This document shows positions 42,153-53,000 of a stretch of 64,000 bases of DNA, piece by piece. This stretch comes from Candidatus Poribacteria bacterium (GTDB lineage: Bacteria > Poribacteria > WGA-4E > PCPOR2b). Under the pieces are notes generated by a model. That model searched no databases and was not told the DNA's origin. It worked only from the letters and a program-made list of their open reading frames with translations. Positions within the stretch are counted from its first letter, which is position 1. Each line of letters starts with the position of its first letter. Location of the stretch: NCBI GenBank assembly GCA_965198175.1, contig OZ240245.1:4448001-4512000 (forward strand). The letters run 5' to 3'. Made by a program: the position numbers and the translations under genes.

Positions 42153-45100
42153 ATGTATTCAACCGACGAAAACTTAGTGTCCCAAACACTCGCAGGCGAT
42201 CGAGACGCCTTCGGTGTGCTCGTGCACAAGTATCAGGACCTGGTCTACACTTACGCCTTTCAGAAAGTGAGAAGCGAAGCCGATTCGCAGGACATTACGC
42301 AGGAGGTCTTCTTACGGGCATATCGTCATCTCTATCAACTGCGGCATCCACATCGGTTCCGAAGTTGGCTCTATACAATCATGTCCAACGAGTGCAACCG
42401 CTGGCTGGCACGCGTAACGAAAAAACGTCAGCGCGAAATTGCGCTGGAGGACGCCGCGGACGAAGCCCTACGAGTTGAACCCGCGCACACTATCCCCACT
42501 GAAGGCTGGGAGGTAGACCTTGAGCAGGCAATCTCCGCACTCTCCGATGATAATCGGGTAGCGGTGTCAATGTTCTATATGGGCGACTATTCGCTGAAGG
42601 AAATCTCAGAATTTCTCGGCGTCTCTGCGAACACCGTAAAGGGTAAGTTGTATCGCGCACGTCAGCAACTCGGCAGTTCGTTGTCTGAACACTACGGCAG
42701 ATTCCTGAACAGCCACAAACTCAAAGGAGGTTTTCTCATGCAGTTAATGGAGCAGATCCGCTATATTCCATCTCCAACTGTAGGGTTCACGTGGAGTAGT
42801 GCAACGGTTAGCAAAACTCTATTTTCGCTAATTACGGCATTGTGTGTCTTGATTGGACTGATTGGGGGGCGAGATCACACATCAACAGAGTCGTCAGGAA
42901 ACCAGATTTGGTCGTCGCGGTCAGATACTAGCCGAAGGCCAATTGAGGTGGGGCTTTATACGCCAGATCACTACGCAACGCACTCCTCGGTTTCAGGAAT
43001 TCCAGCCCATTCGGGAAAGCACCCGCTGGCTGCCGCCAATCGCGCCCCCATGAAGCAAAGCCGCCAGTCATTTGAAGGGAGGTCAGTTTCGGGGAACCTC
43101 GGTGCAAAGAATACTGTGCCGCAACTCCGTGCAGTTACAGCGAAGGGTGAGAACGAGAAACTAATTTTCTCCGGTCGGGTTGTTGACAGTAATGGTGCGC
43201 CGGTAGCGGATGCCAAACTCTTATTTTCCGCAACTTACAATTCGTCCGAATCTGTCACCCGTACGGCAGCGGATGGCACGTTCCACTTTGAATTCCTGCG
43301 CCCTAATGTCAAGGAGCGGGATTGGGTAAACATTGTCGCCACGCACGCCAATCATGCCATCGGCTGGCGGAAGCTCCCGCTTCAAAGCAAGAAGGGTGTC
43401 GAAATTCAACTCGGCACACCGGGGGTCATTTCTGGAAGAGTTCTGAATGCAGCGGGCGATCCGATTCAGGGTGCGGTGGCACGGATTCAATACCTGTTCA
43501 GCGGTTACCCAGCGTCGGGCATGCCGGAAGGAGATTTGGGTATGGCTACTATGCCCATCCGCCCTGCCAAGACCGATGCGAACGGCGTGTATGTTCTCCG
43601 CGGGCTGCCGCAAGGCGCGACGACGAACCTACAGATTCTAGGTCCGGGGTACGCTAAGGAGAGGCAATTTCGTGTGCCTGTCGGCGCGAAGGGACTGGAG
43701 GTCAGACTGAAGCCGGAGGCTAGGATTGATGGACGCCTTAGCTACGCCGAGACAGGTGCGCCGGTCAAAACCGCAACCGTTCGTCTCCGGGGTGTCTATC
43801 CGACTACTGCAGGCGCGCATGCAAACGTGGACGCAAATGGGAATTATCTCTTAAAGAACATCCCACCCGGTACGTACAACCTCTATCTTCGTGAGGGACC
43901 TGAGGGGTGGACAGCAGTTGCCAAAGAACGCATTAAGATTGTTGAGGGGCAAACCGTCTCTGGTGTAGACCTAATCTTGGTACAAGGTGGGTTTATCACT
44001 GGGCGGGTAACCGACCAGGACACGAACGAGCCGATTGCCAACCACCATATCAGCTTTAGCGACGCCGCTCGACCACGATCCCAAGCATTGGGCCACGGAA
44101 CAGAAACGGACGAAACAGGTACTTATCGCTTCCGCGCCGCACCCGGTCCGGCAATGGTCTACATCAGTGCCCCGGAGGGTTATCAGGACATAGGGCAGAT
44201 TAAGAAATATGTGGATGTTGTTGAAGCCGAAACTGTCACGGTTGAATTTCAATTCTCGAAAGGAATAGACTTAATTGTTCGAGTTTTTATGGCAACGGGA
44301 GAACCGGTCAGTGGTGCGAGGATTTCCGACATTTCCGACAAGCGGGAGTGGGATAAGGAGTACGGAAAATCGAGCGAAAAGGGCGAGTTTACCGTTCGCG
44401 GGCTGCTGCCCGGACAGAAGTTAACTCTTAAAGCGGAACACAGTGAATTGGGATTGCGCGGAACGGCGGAAGTCGAAGTCCAACCGGGAGCGTCAGTAGA
44501 GATTCGGATGGAACGTTACGAACGGGTCGTGGTCTCCGGGAGGGTGGTCAACCGCTTGGGCGAACCCATTACAACGGTAAACATTGAATTGATGCGCTGG
44601 TACCGTCATATACACATGGGGCGGAGTTCCACTGTCGCCGTGACGGACGGCGATGGTCGGTTCCGGGAGATCGGGCTCATAATCGGCGATGAGTACGGCA
44701 TCCGGGCAAATGCAAAAGGGTATCTGGGCGCGGAAACTGGAATCTTCACCGCCGCAGCGGAGATGACCCAAATTCCAGATCTTATTCTGTCACCAGCTAC
44801 CACCGAAAGGTATTTCATTGAGGGGCGCGTTACCGACACCTCTGGTGAGCTAGTTCACGGTGCGAGGCTGGTTACAAGTCTGGAGTCGCAACACTCGGAA
44901 ACACAAACCGATGAGAACGGGGATTATCGGCTTGAAGATCTTTCGACAGTTGTCATTCTCGAGTTGGCAATTTCCCATTCAGAGTACGCGTACCATGAAT
45001 TTAAGAATTTGAAAACCAACCAGCGGCACGACCTAGTGCTGGTCAAGGCAGACGGATACCTCGCCGGTAAGATCGTGGACGCCGCCGGCAAACCGATTGA

Positions 45101-45833
45101 GAGGGCGTTCGTGATGGTTGAAGCCGAACAAAATTCCTCCGGCTACATTTACGCCGGAGTTGACACCAACGTACTAGGCGAGTTTGAACTGAAGTACATC
45201 AAAGACCCGGTTGTGTCACTTTACGCCACCAATGGCACTGGCTACAAGATTTTTGAGGATATTGCGGTGAATCAGCGCGATCTGGTTTTGACCCTGCCCC
45301 CAACCGAACCGAGACCGGAGCCGACTCCCGAGCAGCGAGCACGCTGGAATGCGCACCAGTCATACATCGAGTCGGCTGAGGAACGGTTTAAAACCCTTGT
45401 TGGCAAACCTGCGCCGGAATTGGCGGTAGCAGAGTGGCTGTCCGGTTCACCCGCAGCCATCGGAGAATTGAAAGGAAAGACCATTGTTTTACATCCCTGG
45501 GATTTGAGTTACGTCGACAGTCATGTCCAATGGGTAGGGCTGTTAAACATCTTGCAGGAGGTGTATAGAGAAAAAGGGCTCGTCTGCCTCGCTATCTGTC
45601 CCGCCGCAGTAGAAGTTGAGAAGGTCAAGCGATACATCTCGGAGCAGTCGCTCTCCTACTCAGTCGGCCTAGACCGACCAACAGCGGTCGTCGGTGCAAA
45701 AGGTGAGACATCCGATCGATACGCTGCTATCGGGCGGTATCCGTTCATCTTGATTAACTCGGCGGGAGAAATCGCCGGGCGCAGTTGGGAGCATGACCTC
45801 GAAGCTCAAATTCAAACGCTGCTTGCGGATTGA
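42153..45833 (+). CDS. ECF sigma factor fused to TM, carboxypeptidase-regulatory-like repeats and a thioredoxin-like domain
   Basis: sigma2 (DITQEVFLRAY, FRSWLYTI), sigma4 (SLKEIS..TVKGKLYRAR), TM LFSLITALCVLIGLI, SGRV.D..G.P repeats, GKPAPEL. Confidence 0.9.
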   Translation: MYSTDENLVSQTLAGDRDAFGVLVHKYQDLVYTYAFQKVRSEADSQDITQEVFLRAYRHLYQLRHPHRFRSWLYTIMSNECNRWLARVTKKRQREIALEDAADEALRVEPAHTIPTEGWEVDLEQAISALSDDNRVAVSMFYMGDYSLKEISEFLGVSANTVKGKLYRARQQLGSSLSEHYGRFLNSHKLKGGFLMQLMEQIRYIPSPTVGFTWSSATVSKTLFSLITALCVLIGLIGGRDHTSTESSGNQIWSSRSDTSRRPIEVGLYTPDHYATHSSVSGIPAHSGKHPLAAANRAPMKQSRQSFEGRSVSGNLGAKNTVPQLRAVTAKGENEKLIFSGRVVDSNGAPVADAKLLFSATYNSSESVTRTAADGTFHFEFLRPNVKERDWVNIVATHANHAIGWRKLPLQSKKGVEIQLGTPGVISGRVLNAAGDPIQGAVARIQYLFSGYPASGMPEGDLGMATMPIRPAKTDANGVYVLRGLPQGATTNLQILGPGYAKERQFRVPVGAKGLEVRLKPEARIDGRLSYAETGAPVKTATVRLRGVYPTTAGAHANVDANGNYLLKNIPPGTYNLYLREGPEGWTAVAKERIKIVEGQTVSGVDLILVQGGFITGRVTDQDTNEPIANHHISFSDAARPRSQALGHGTETDETGTYRFRAAPGPAMVYISAPEGYQDIGQIKKYVDVVEAETVTVEFQFSKGIDLIVRVFMATGEPVSGARISDISDKREWDKEYGKSSEKGEFTVRGLLPGQKLTLKAEHSELGLRGTAEVEVQPGASVEIRMERYERVVVSGRVVNRLGEPITTVNIELMRWYRHIHMGRSSTVAVTDGDGRFREIGLIIGDEYGIRANAKGYLGAETGIFTAAAEMTQIPDLILSPATTERYFIEGRVTDTSGELVHGARLVTSLESQHSETQTDENGDYRLEDLSTVVILELAISHSEYAYHEFKNLKTNQRHDLVLVKADGYLAGKIVDAAGKPIERAFVMVEAEQNSSGYIYAGVDTNVLGEFELKYIKDPVVSLYATNGTGYKIFEDIAVNQRDLVLTLPPTEPRPEPTPEQRARWNAHQSYIESAEERFKTLVGKPAPELAVAEWLSGSPAAIGELKGKTIVLHPWDLSYVDSHVQWVGLLNILQEVYREKGLVCLAICPAAVEVEKVKRYISEQSLSYSVGLDRPTAVVGAKGETSDRYAAIGRYPFILINSAGEIAGRSWEHDLEAQIQTLLAD

Positions 45834-46033
45834 CCCCTCCTTCAATAAACTCAACCATAACAGGGGACGAGTTTCCCGTTGTGGTTGAGGATAATCTTCC
45901 CATTGCATGAGTCCATCTGCCGCACTGAAGATTAGCACGGACTCTCTGTAACCATTCATTCCCTTCGTAATCATACATGATAGCCAAGGGTTTCAACTCT
46001 TTAGTTTCAGATGGAAGATAGAGCGCACCCGAA

Positions 46034-46079
46034 TCTTTTTTTCTTTGCAGCATAACTTTTAATCCGCGCAGTGGGTCTA
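46034..46079 (+). promoter_or_regulatory. Putative ECF promoter 2
   Basis: T-tract, AAC(46054)-N18-GTCTA(46075). Confidence 0.7.
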
Positions 46080-46138
46080 ATTAGTAGTTTTGCGTAGGCT
46101 ATAGTGGTGTTGTTGGTTTGCGGTTGAGGTGAATCTCT

Positions 46139-48061
46139 ATGTATTCACCTGACGAAAAGTTAGTGTCCCAAACGCTCGCAGGGGATCGAGACGCTTTCGG
46201 TTTGCTCGTACACAAGTATCAAGACATGGTTTACACCTACGCTTTTCAGAAGGTGAGAAACGAAGCCGATTCGCAGGACATCACGCAGGAGGTTTTCCTA
46301 CGGGCATATCGACATCTCTGCAAACTGCGACACCCACATCGGTTCCGAAGTTGGCTGTATACAATCATGTCCAACGAGTGCAACCGATGGCTGGCACGGG
46401 TAACCGAAACGCGTCAGCACGAAATTGCGTTGGACGACGCTACGGACGATGCGCTACAGATTGAACCCGCGCACGCTGCCTCAACGGAAGGTTGGCAGGT
46501 GGACTTAGAGAGGGCAATCTCTGCGCTCCCCGATGATAATCGGGTAGCGGTGTCGATGTTCTATATGGGTGACTGTTCGCTGAAGGAAATCTCAGAATTT
46601 CTCGGTGTCTCTGTCAACACCGTCAGGGGGAAATTGCATCGTGCGCGGCAGCAGCTCGGTAGCGCGTTGTCTGAGCACTACGGCAGATACTTGAAGAGTC
46701 ACAAACTCAAAGGAGGGTTTCTCATGCAACTAATGGAGCAGGTACGCCACATCCCGTCTCCAACCATGACTTTTGCTTGGAGTAGTGCAACCGTCAGCAA
46801 AACTCTTTTTTCGCTGATTACGGCACTGTGTGTTTTGGTTGGGCTTATTGGAGCACGTGATAATTCACCGAAAGCGTCCACAGGAAACCAATTTGAGCTG
46901 TCGCCGTCAGGCACGAACCGTCCGATTCCGGTCGTGTTTTTTGCCTCGCCTCCTTTCTCCACACGCTCGTCAATTACGGGCATTCCTGCCCCGTCGGCAA
47001 AGCATCCATTGGCGGCCTCCAACCGCGCCGCAATGGAGCAGAGTCCCGAGTCAATTGGCAGAGAACGTACTATCAGGACCGGAAGCGCCAAATCCTCAAA
47101 TGCGCAATTCTCCGTCGCCGCATCGGAGAGCGGCTCCAACAAGCTTGCCTTTTCAGGCCGCGTGGTTGACACAGACGGTAATCCAATCGCGGGGTTCCCC
47201 ATAGCTGTTGGGCCACTGAAGTCAATTGATGGCAAAATTAAGCCAATATTCAGTTTTGATTGGCTATTTATGCGTGCACTAACCTCGACGCTCAAATCGG
47301 ACACAGATGATGAGGGACGGTTTTCGATTTCTGGCATCAAACCCGGGCCTCTCCAGTTCATGGCACAACCTAATCCTGTAACTAGCGATGACATGCCTCC
47401 GCATAGCTACAACCAAGACAATTTTGTAGACGCGGAGGTTCTGTCCATTGATATCGGTGTAATGACTTTCTATCCGAGCATCCAGCAACAACTTCCTCAC
47501 GGAGGGATTACATTTACCATTGAGCCGGGGACACACGTTGAAAATATTGAAATTGTAGTGAGACCCCGGATGCGCATTCGGGGTCAGGTTGTATTCACGG
47601 ACGGCACACCGCTTGCCAAGGCGAAAGTTCTGATTAGCGTGCGATGGCGTGAATTTGATGGGGAAGGCATGGGCAGTGGAGGAGGATTGCCCCGCACGGA
47701 CGATGCAGGATACTTTGTGCACTATGTGGATGAGCCTGGGTTTTACTCGGTTGCTGTTGAATTTCAAGGACTGTCGGCAACCTCGGAGCAGTTTGCTGTC
47801 GAAGCCGGTCAACGGCACGATCGCTTGGTCATAACGCTTGACAGCCAGCCAATTCCCTTCGAGCCAACTACATACACGAACTGGGCGCCCAATGAACCGA
47901 CTGGGTCGGCACCTGGTGAAGAAGATTATGTCTTCATGGGTCTCAGTCCGGATGGGCAATGGTTTAGCGTTGGGCCCGAAAGCCCAAATTGGCGAATGAC
48001 CAGAATGGCTATCATCGAAAGGCAAAACTTAGCCTCGTCACCACCCATTGAGGATGACTAA
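46139..48061 (+). CDS. ECF sigma factor fused to TM, carboxypeptidase-regulatory-like domains and a partial C-type lectin
   Basis: N-terminal region paralogous to 42153; ends YTNWAPNEP..EDYV..GQW. Confidence 0.88.
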   Translation: MYSPDEKLVSQTLAGDRDAFGLLVHKYQDMVYTYAFQKVRNEADSQDITQEVFLRAYRHLCKLRHPHRFRSWLYTIMSNECNRWLARVTETRQHEIALDDATDDALQIEPAHAASTEGWQVDLERAISALPDDNRVAVSMFYMGDCSLKEISEFLGVSVNTVRGKLHRARQQLGSALSEHYGRYLKSHKLKGGFLMQLMEQVRHIPSPTMTFAWSSATVSKTLFSLITALCVLVGLIGARDNSPKASTGNQFELSPSGTNRPIPVVFFASPPFSTRSSITGIPAPSAKHPLAASNRAAMEQSPESIGRERTIRTGSAKSSNAQFSVAASESGSNKLAFSGRVVDTDGNPIAGFPIAVGPLKSIDGKIKPIFSFDWLFMRALTSTLKSDTDDEGRFSISGIKPGPLQFMAQPNPVTSDDMPPHSYNQDNFVDAEVLSIDIGVMTFYPSIQQQLPHGGITFTIEPGTHVENIEIVVRPRMRIRGQVVFTDGTPLAKAKVLISVRWREFDGEGMGSGGGLPRTDDAGYFVHYVDEPGFYSVAVEFQGLSATSEQFAVEAGQRHDRLVITLDSQPIPFEPTTYTNWAPNEPTGSAPGEEDYVFMGLSPDGQWFSVGPESPNWRMTRMAIIERQNLASSPPIEDD

Positions 48062-48195
48062 CCCAAGATTTACACAATTCGGTGAAAAATTACCGTATGA
48101 TAAATGAACCGACAAATTACCGAGTTGTCGCAACTCTACTGCGTATAAATCCAAATACACGTTCGCGAACGACCATCCAAAGGGAGGTATTTGCC

Positions 48196-49434
48196 ATGAA
48201 CTGGTCACATTTCAAGTTTTTATTCACTTCGTTTAGGCGAGAGAACCTGCGGCTACTTGTGGGCATTGCGGCGTTTTCATTTGTCGCCACGATGCAGGGC
48301 ATCGCTCTGGAAGGTACTTCTACACTGTCCGGCCGCGTTGTTGATTTAGAAGGTAACCCGGTTGCAGGATTTGGGCTGTCCCTTTTACCGTTTTCACTTG
48401 AATCAGTCGAAGGGACCATCACACTCTTAGAATCGCGCTCTGACGAAATGGGGCGTTTCTCTATGCACAACATCCCGCCGGTAAAGGTCCGATTAACACC
48501 GGTCTCCAAGTTTTATCATGCGTCGGGGACCAGCGGCGGAATCATATCCGTGAAGGTTGCGGCATTGACCGTGTACCGGCAAGAGTATTCGCCTTATCAG
48601 GGAATCGCGTTTGCTATTAAGCCGGACGTGCACGTTGAGAATGTTGAAGTCAGAGTGATATTGCGGAATTACATTCGGGGACGAATTTTGTTTCTCGACG
48701 GGACCCCGCTTTCCAGTGCGAGGATTAATATCAGCGTAAACCATCGTACTCCCGATGGGACGGGTAGTGGTAACTCAAGTTCCTCGAATGAGACAGACAC
48801 TGACAGCTACTTTAAATACTACGTAGATGAACCGGCAATCTACACAATGACGGTAAACTATCACGGGCTTTCGGCGACAGCAGATCCCTTCCTACTAAGA
48901 AAAGGAGAGAACAAAGAAGATTTGGTTTTCACGTTTGACAGTCTTCCGAGTTTGCCGGATGTTCCCACTGGTCGAGTCAAAGCTGCTGCGGAAGTGTCAA
49001 CGTCACCACGGGGCGACGGGGCAGCGTGGATAGTGAATCCGGCAAATGGGCACGCGTACAAGCGAATTCGTTGCGAAAGTTGGGATGAGGCCAACACTCA
49101 AGCCGCTGGCGAAGATGCGTATCTCGTTGCAATTAACGATGCAGCAGAGCAGAACTGGATTTCAAAAACCTTTGGGCCGCATCGGTGCTGGATTGGACTG
49201 ACCGATTATGTGAACGAGGGGAAATGGGTTTGGGCAAACGGTGAGCCCTTGACGTTCACAAACTGGGCGCCACATGAACCGCACGATAAAGACAGGGGCG
49301 ACGAAGATTTTGTTTCGATGGGATTTTCGGGGAAATGGTTCGACGTGGGTCCCGCAAGCATAGAATGGCGCCTGCCGCACATAGCTATCATCGAAAAGGA
49401 CAGCACTACCGGGAAGACGACACGGACAAAGTAA
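48196..49434 (+). CDS. Secreted protein with carboxypeptidase-regulatory-like domains and a C-type lectin domain
   Basis: RBS AGGGAGG; NGHAY, LVAIND..EQ, WIGLTD, EGKWVW, FTNW.P.EP, GKWFD. Confidence 0.85.
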   Translation: MNWSHFKFLFTSFRRENLRLLVGIAAFSFVATMQGIALEGTSTLSGRVVDLEGNPVAGFGLSLLPFSLESVEGTITLLESRSDEMGRFSMHNIPPVKVRLTPVSKFYHASGTSGGIISVKVAALTVYRQEYSPYQGIAFAIKPDVHVENVEVRVILRNYIRGRILFLDGTPLSSARINISVNHRTPDGTGSGNSSSSNETDTDSYFKYYVDEPAIYTMTVNYHGLSATADPFLLRKGENKEDLVFTFDSLPSLPDVPTGRVKAAAEVSTSPRGDGAAWIVNPANGHAYKRIRCESWDEANTQAAGEDAYLVAINDAAEQNWISKTFGPHRCWIGLTDYVNEGKWVWANGEPLTFTNWAPHEPHDKDRGDEDFVSMGFSGKWFDVGPASIEWRLPHIAIIEKDSTTGKTTRTK

Positions 49435-49487
49435 ATCGTCAATCAAACCCAAATTCTAATCCGCTTCGCTAATTTATCAAACCCGCA

Positions 49488-49505
49488 GCGGTGTAGGTTG
49501 GGGCC
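49488..49505 (+). repeat. REP arm
   Basis: gcggtgtaggttggg, identical to the start of the element at 53838. Confidence 0.5.
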
Positions 49506-49595
49506 AATGGGAATTACTAGCAATGACGTTAGAGGCTCTGCACTTTGCTTAACTTGGCTTATTCGCGGCCTGAATTTACGTAAACGCCTCACTGG

Positions 49596-49891
49596 TTAAA
49601 ATCCCGCCTTATTTTCCCATATTGTCAAAGTCAAAACCTTCCCACGTCAAGATGAGCCATTGGATAATCTTTCCAATGGCAGTCTGCCTTGCCCGAAACA
49701 CGCAATTCCAGTGCGATTAATCTGAACGCCGGGCAAGTCATCGTCATGCGTGAAAATGACCTGTCCCTCAGTTTGCGCAAATGTGATTGTCCTCATCGTC
49801 CGACTCAATTAGTCCGACCTCTGCCCCCGAATCGTTTTGCGATTGCCGGATTCATACTCTCATTGAGGTAAAATTTAATTGTTTGAGGCAT
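49596..49891 (-). pseudogene. DUF5615 PIN-like toxin pseudogene
   Basis: Frameshifted pieces MPQTIKFYLNESMNPAIA / FAQTEGQVIFTHDDDL..TGI / IGKIIQWLILTWE. Confidence 0.7.
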
Positions 49892-49958
49892 CTTTTTGAT
49901 TCAATCCCTTGAACTCTATAACTATTTATTGGTCTGATTGAAAGCGATCGCCGCTGAC

Positions 49959-50003
49959 TCTTTTTTCTTCGCTATGCAACTTCTGATTCACTCGATGTGT
50001 CTA
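49959..50003 (+). promoter_or_regulatory. Putative ECF promoter 3
   Basis: T-tract, AAC(49978)-N18-GTCTA(49999). Confidence 0.7.
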
Positions 50004-50053
50004 TGTAATACAAATAGGGCTTCCATACTTCTTTTTAGGATTGCGTGTTTATT

Positions 50054-53000
50054 ATGTATACAGCCGATGAAAAGTTAGTGTCTCAAACGCTCGCAGGGGA
50101 TCGAGACGCCTTCGGTGTGCTCGTACACAAGTATCAGGACATGGTCTACACCTACGCCTTTCAGAAGGTGCGGAACGAAACCGATTCGCAGGACATCACG
50201 CAAGAGGTTTTTTTAAAGGCATTTCGCCATCTCCAAAAACTGCGGCATCCACATCTCTTCCGGAGCTGGTTGTATACAATTATGTCAAACGAGTGCAAAC
50301 GATGGCTGGAGCGCGTTACGAAAAAACGTCGGCGCGAGATTGCGCTGGAGCACGCTGTGGACGACTCGCTACAGATTCAACCTGAACACACGGTTCCCAC
50401 AAAGGGCTGGGAGGTAGATCTTGAGCAGGCAATCTCCGCGCTCCCTGACGAAAGTCGAATCGTCGTGTCAATGTTCTACATGGGTGATTGTTCGCTGAAG
50501 GAGATTTCAGAATTTCTCGGTGTTTCCGTTAATACTGTCAAGAGCAAGTTGCATCGTGCGCGGCAGCAACTCGGTATTTCACTGTCTGAACACTACGGCA
50601 AATTCGTAAAGAGCCAAAATCTCAAAGGAGGGTTTCTCATGCAGCTAATGGAGCAGATTCGCCACATCCCATCTCCAACCATGGGGTTTGCGTGGAGTAG
50701 CACGACAGTAAGCAAAACGCTATTTACGCTGATTACGGCATTGTGTGTATTGATTGGACTAATTGGTGGGCGAAGCGATTCACCGAATGTGCCCACAAGA
50801 AACCAGATCGGGTTGTCGCAATCGGACACCAGCCGATGGCCGATTGCGGTGACGCTTCATACACCAGATCGCTACGCAACGCGCCCTACGGTTTCAGGAA
50901 TTCCAACCCCGTCGGGAATGCATCTGCTGGCAGTCTCCGACCGCGCCCGCACGGTACAAAGCCGCCAGTCAATTGACGGAAGGTCAATTTCGGCGAACCG
51001 CGGTGCAAAAAACGCCAAGCCGCAACTCCCCGCAGTTGCAGCGAGGGACGATGGTGAGAAACTAATCTACTCCGGTCGGGTCGTCGACAGCGACGGTGCA
51101 CCGGTAGGGGATGCCGAACTTCGATATGCCGTAAGTTTCTATCCACTTGAAGGAGATGCCGGATCCGGACACTCCTCCTATTATGGTCCCTTTTTTTCCA
51201 CTCGTACGGGAGCGGACGGGACATTTCGCTTTGAACTTTCGCCTTCAGGACTCAAATGGATGCCCTTTGATTCTAAGGACATGTTGAGCCGTCTGAATAT
51301 TGCTGTCACGCATCCCAATCACGCAATTTGGTGGCAAGAGTTTCCGTTCCAAAGTACAGCGGATATTGGGATTCAACTTGAAATGCCGGAGATTATCTCT
51401 GGCAAAGTAATGAACGAAGCAGGCGAGCCAATTCAGAACGCGGAGGTACTGATGAACTCCTTGTCCAGTGGTGATCCGATGCTAAGGGAGCCCGGAGATG
51501 ATTTAGATCATTATGCTTTGCCTCAACCCGTCAAGACAGATGCGAATGGGGAATTTGTGCTTCCTGGATTGCCGCAGGGCGCGACAATAAGTCTTGATGT
51601 CCGGGGGCCAGGATACGCGAAGGAGATGCGCCACAGCGTGCCGGTGAGCGCAAAGAAGCTTGAATTCCGGCTGAAGCGTGAGGGCAGGATTGAGGGGCGC
51701 CTCACCTATGCGGGCAGCGGCAAGCCGGTCAGAAGCGCAATGGTCTCGATACAGGGCATCCATCCGACCGATGGGTGGGGACAAGCTCATGTTAATTGGT
51801 TCTGGGGTAAATATCGACTGAAAAATGTCGCCCCCGGCACACACAGCCTTTATCTTTATAACCTGCCAAAAGGGTGGACAGCCCTTCCCAAGGAGTTCAT
51901 TAAAGTCGCAGAAGGGGAGACCGTTTCTAATGTAGATTTTGCCCTGATTCGGAGCGGATTCATCACTGGGCGAGTGACCGATCAGGACACAAACGAACCG
52001 ATCGCCCACCACCCTATCAGATTAAACGATGCGGCCTTTCCGGAGGGATTTCAATTGGGGGTTCACCATACCAGCACGGATGAAACTGGCGCATACCATT
52101 TTGACGCCGCGCCCGGTCAGGCGGTCGTGCACACTAATACACCGACCGGCTATCAAGATATAGGCTGGACCGAGAGATTGGACATCGGACAGGTTCAGAG
52201 ACGTGTGGATGTCGCTGAAGGCGAAACCGTGTCCGTTGATTTCCAGTTTTCGAAAGGGATAAAGTTGACCGGCCGGCTCGTGGACGAAACTGGTAAACCG
52301 GTCGCCGGTGCGAGAATTACAAACGTGAAGAGGCGGCTTAAAGACTATGGCACATCAGATGAAATGGGAATGTTCACCGTTGGTGGATTACGGATTGGAA
52401 GGAAAATTGCCCTCAAAGCAGTACATAGTGCATTGGGATTGCGCGGAACGGTAGAGATTGAAGTCCAGCCGGAAATGCCGGTTGAAATTCGGATGAAACG
52501 ATACCAGCGGATCGCGGTCTCCGGACGCGTAGTTGACCGTGAAGGTAAGGCGATGCGGTTGGCGAACATCCATCTGATACACTGGGACCATCAACGAGGC
52601 ATAGGATCTGACACAATTGTCGCCGTGACAGATAACGATGGACGGTTCCAGGATATTGCACTCATCGTTGGTGATGAGTACGAAATCGATGTGAAACTAA
52701 ATGGGTATCGAAATGCGGAAACCGAGCAGTTTACTGCGACAGCGGCGATGAACCCAATTGCGAATCTCGTCCTGTTGCCAGCCGGCGGTCAGTTTTTTAT
52801 TGAAGGGCGTGTCACCGATAACTCTGGCGAGCCAGTTCGGGGCGTACAGTTGAGCATAAGTCAGGCGGGGCAACACTGGTCAATACGCACCGATGAGAAT
52901 GGCGATTATCGATTTGAAGACCTTTCTATGGCGGTTGTCTCCACACTGTATATTCACCATCCGGGGCACGCGAACCATGAATTTAAAATCTTGAGAACCA

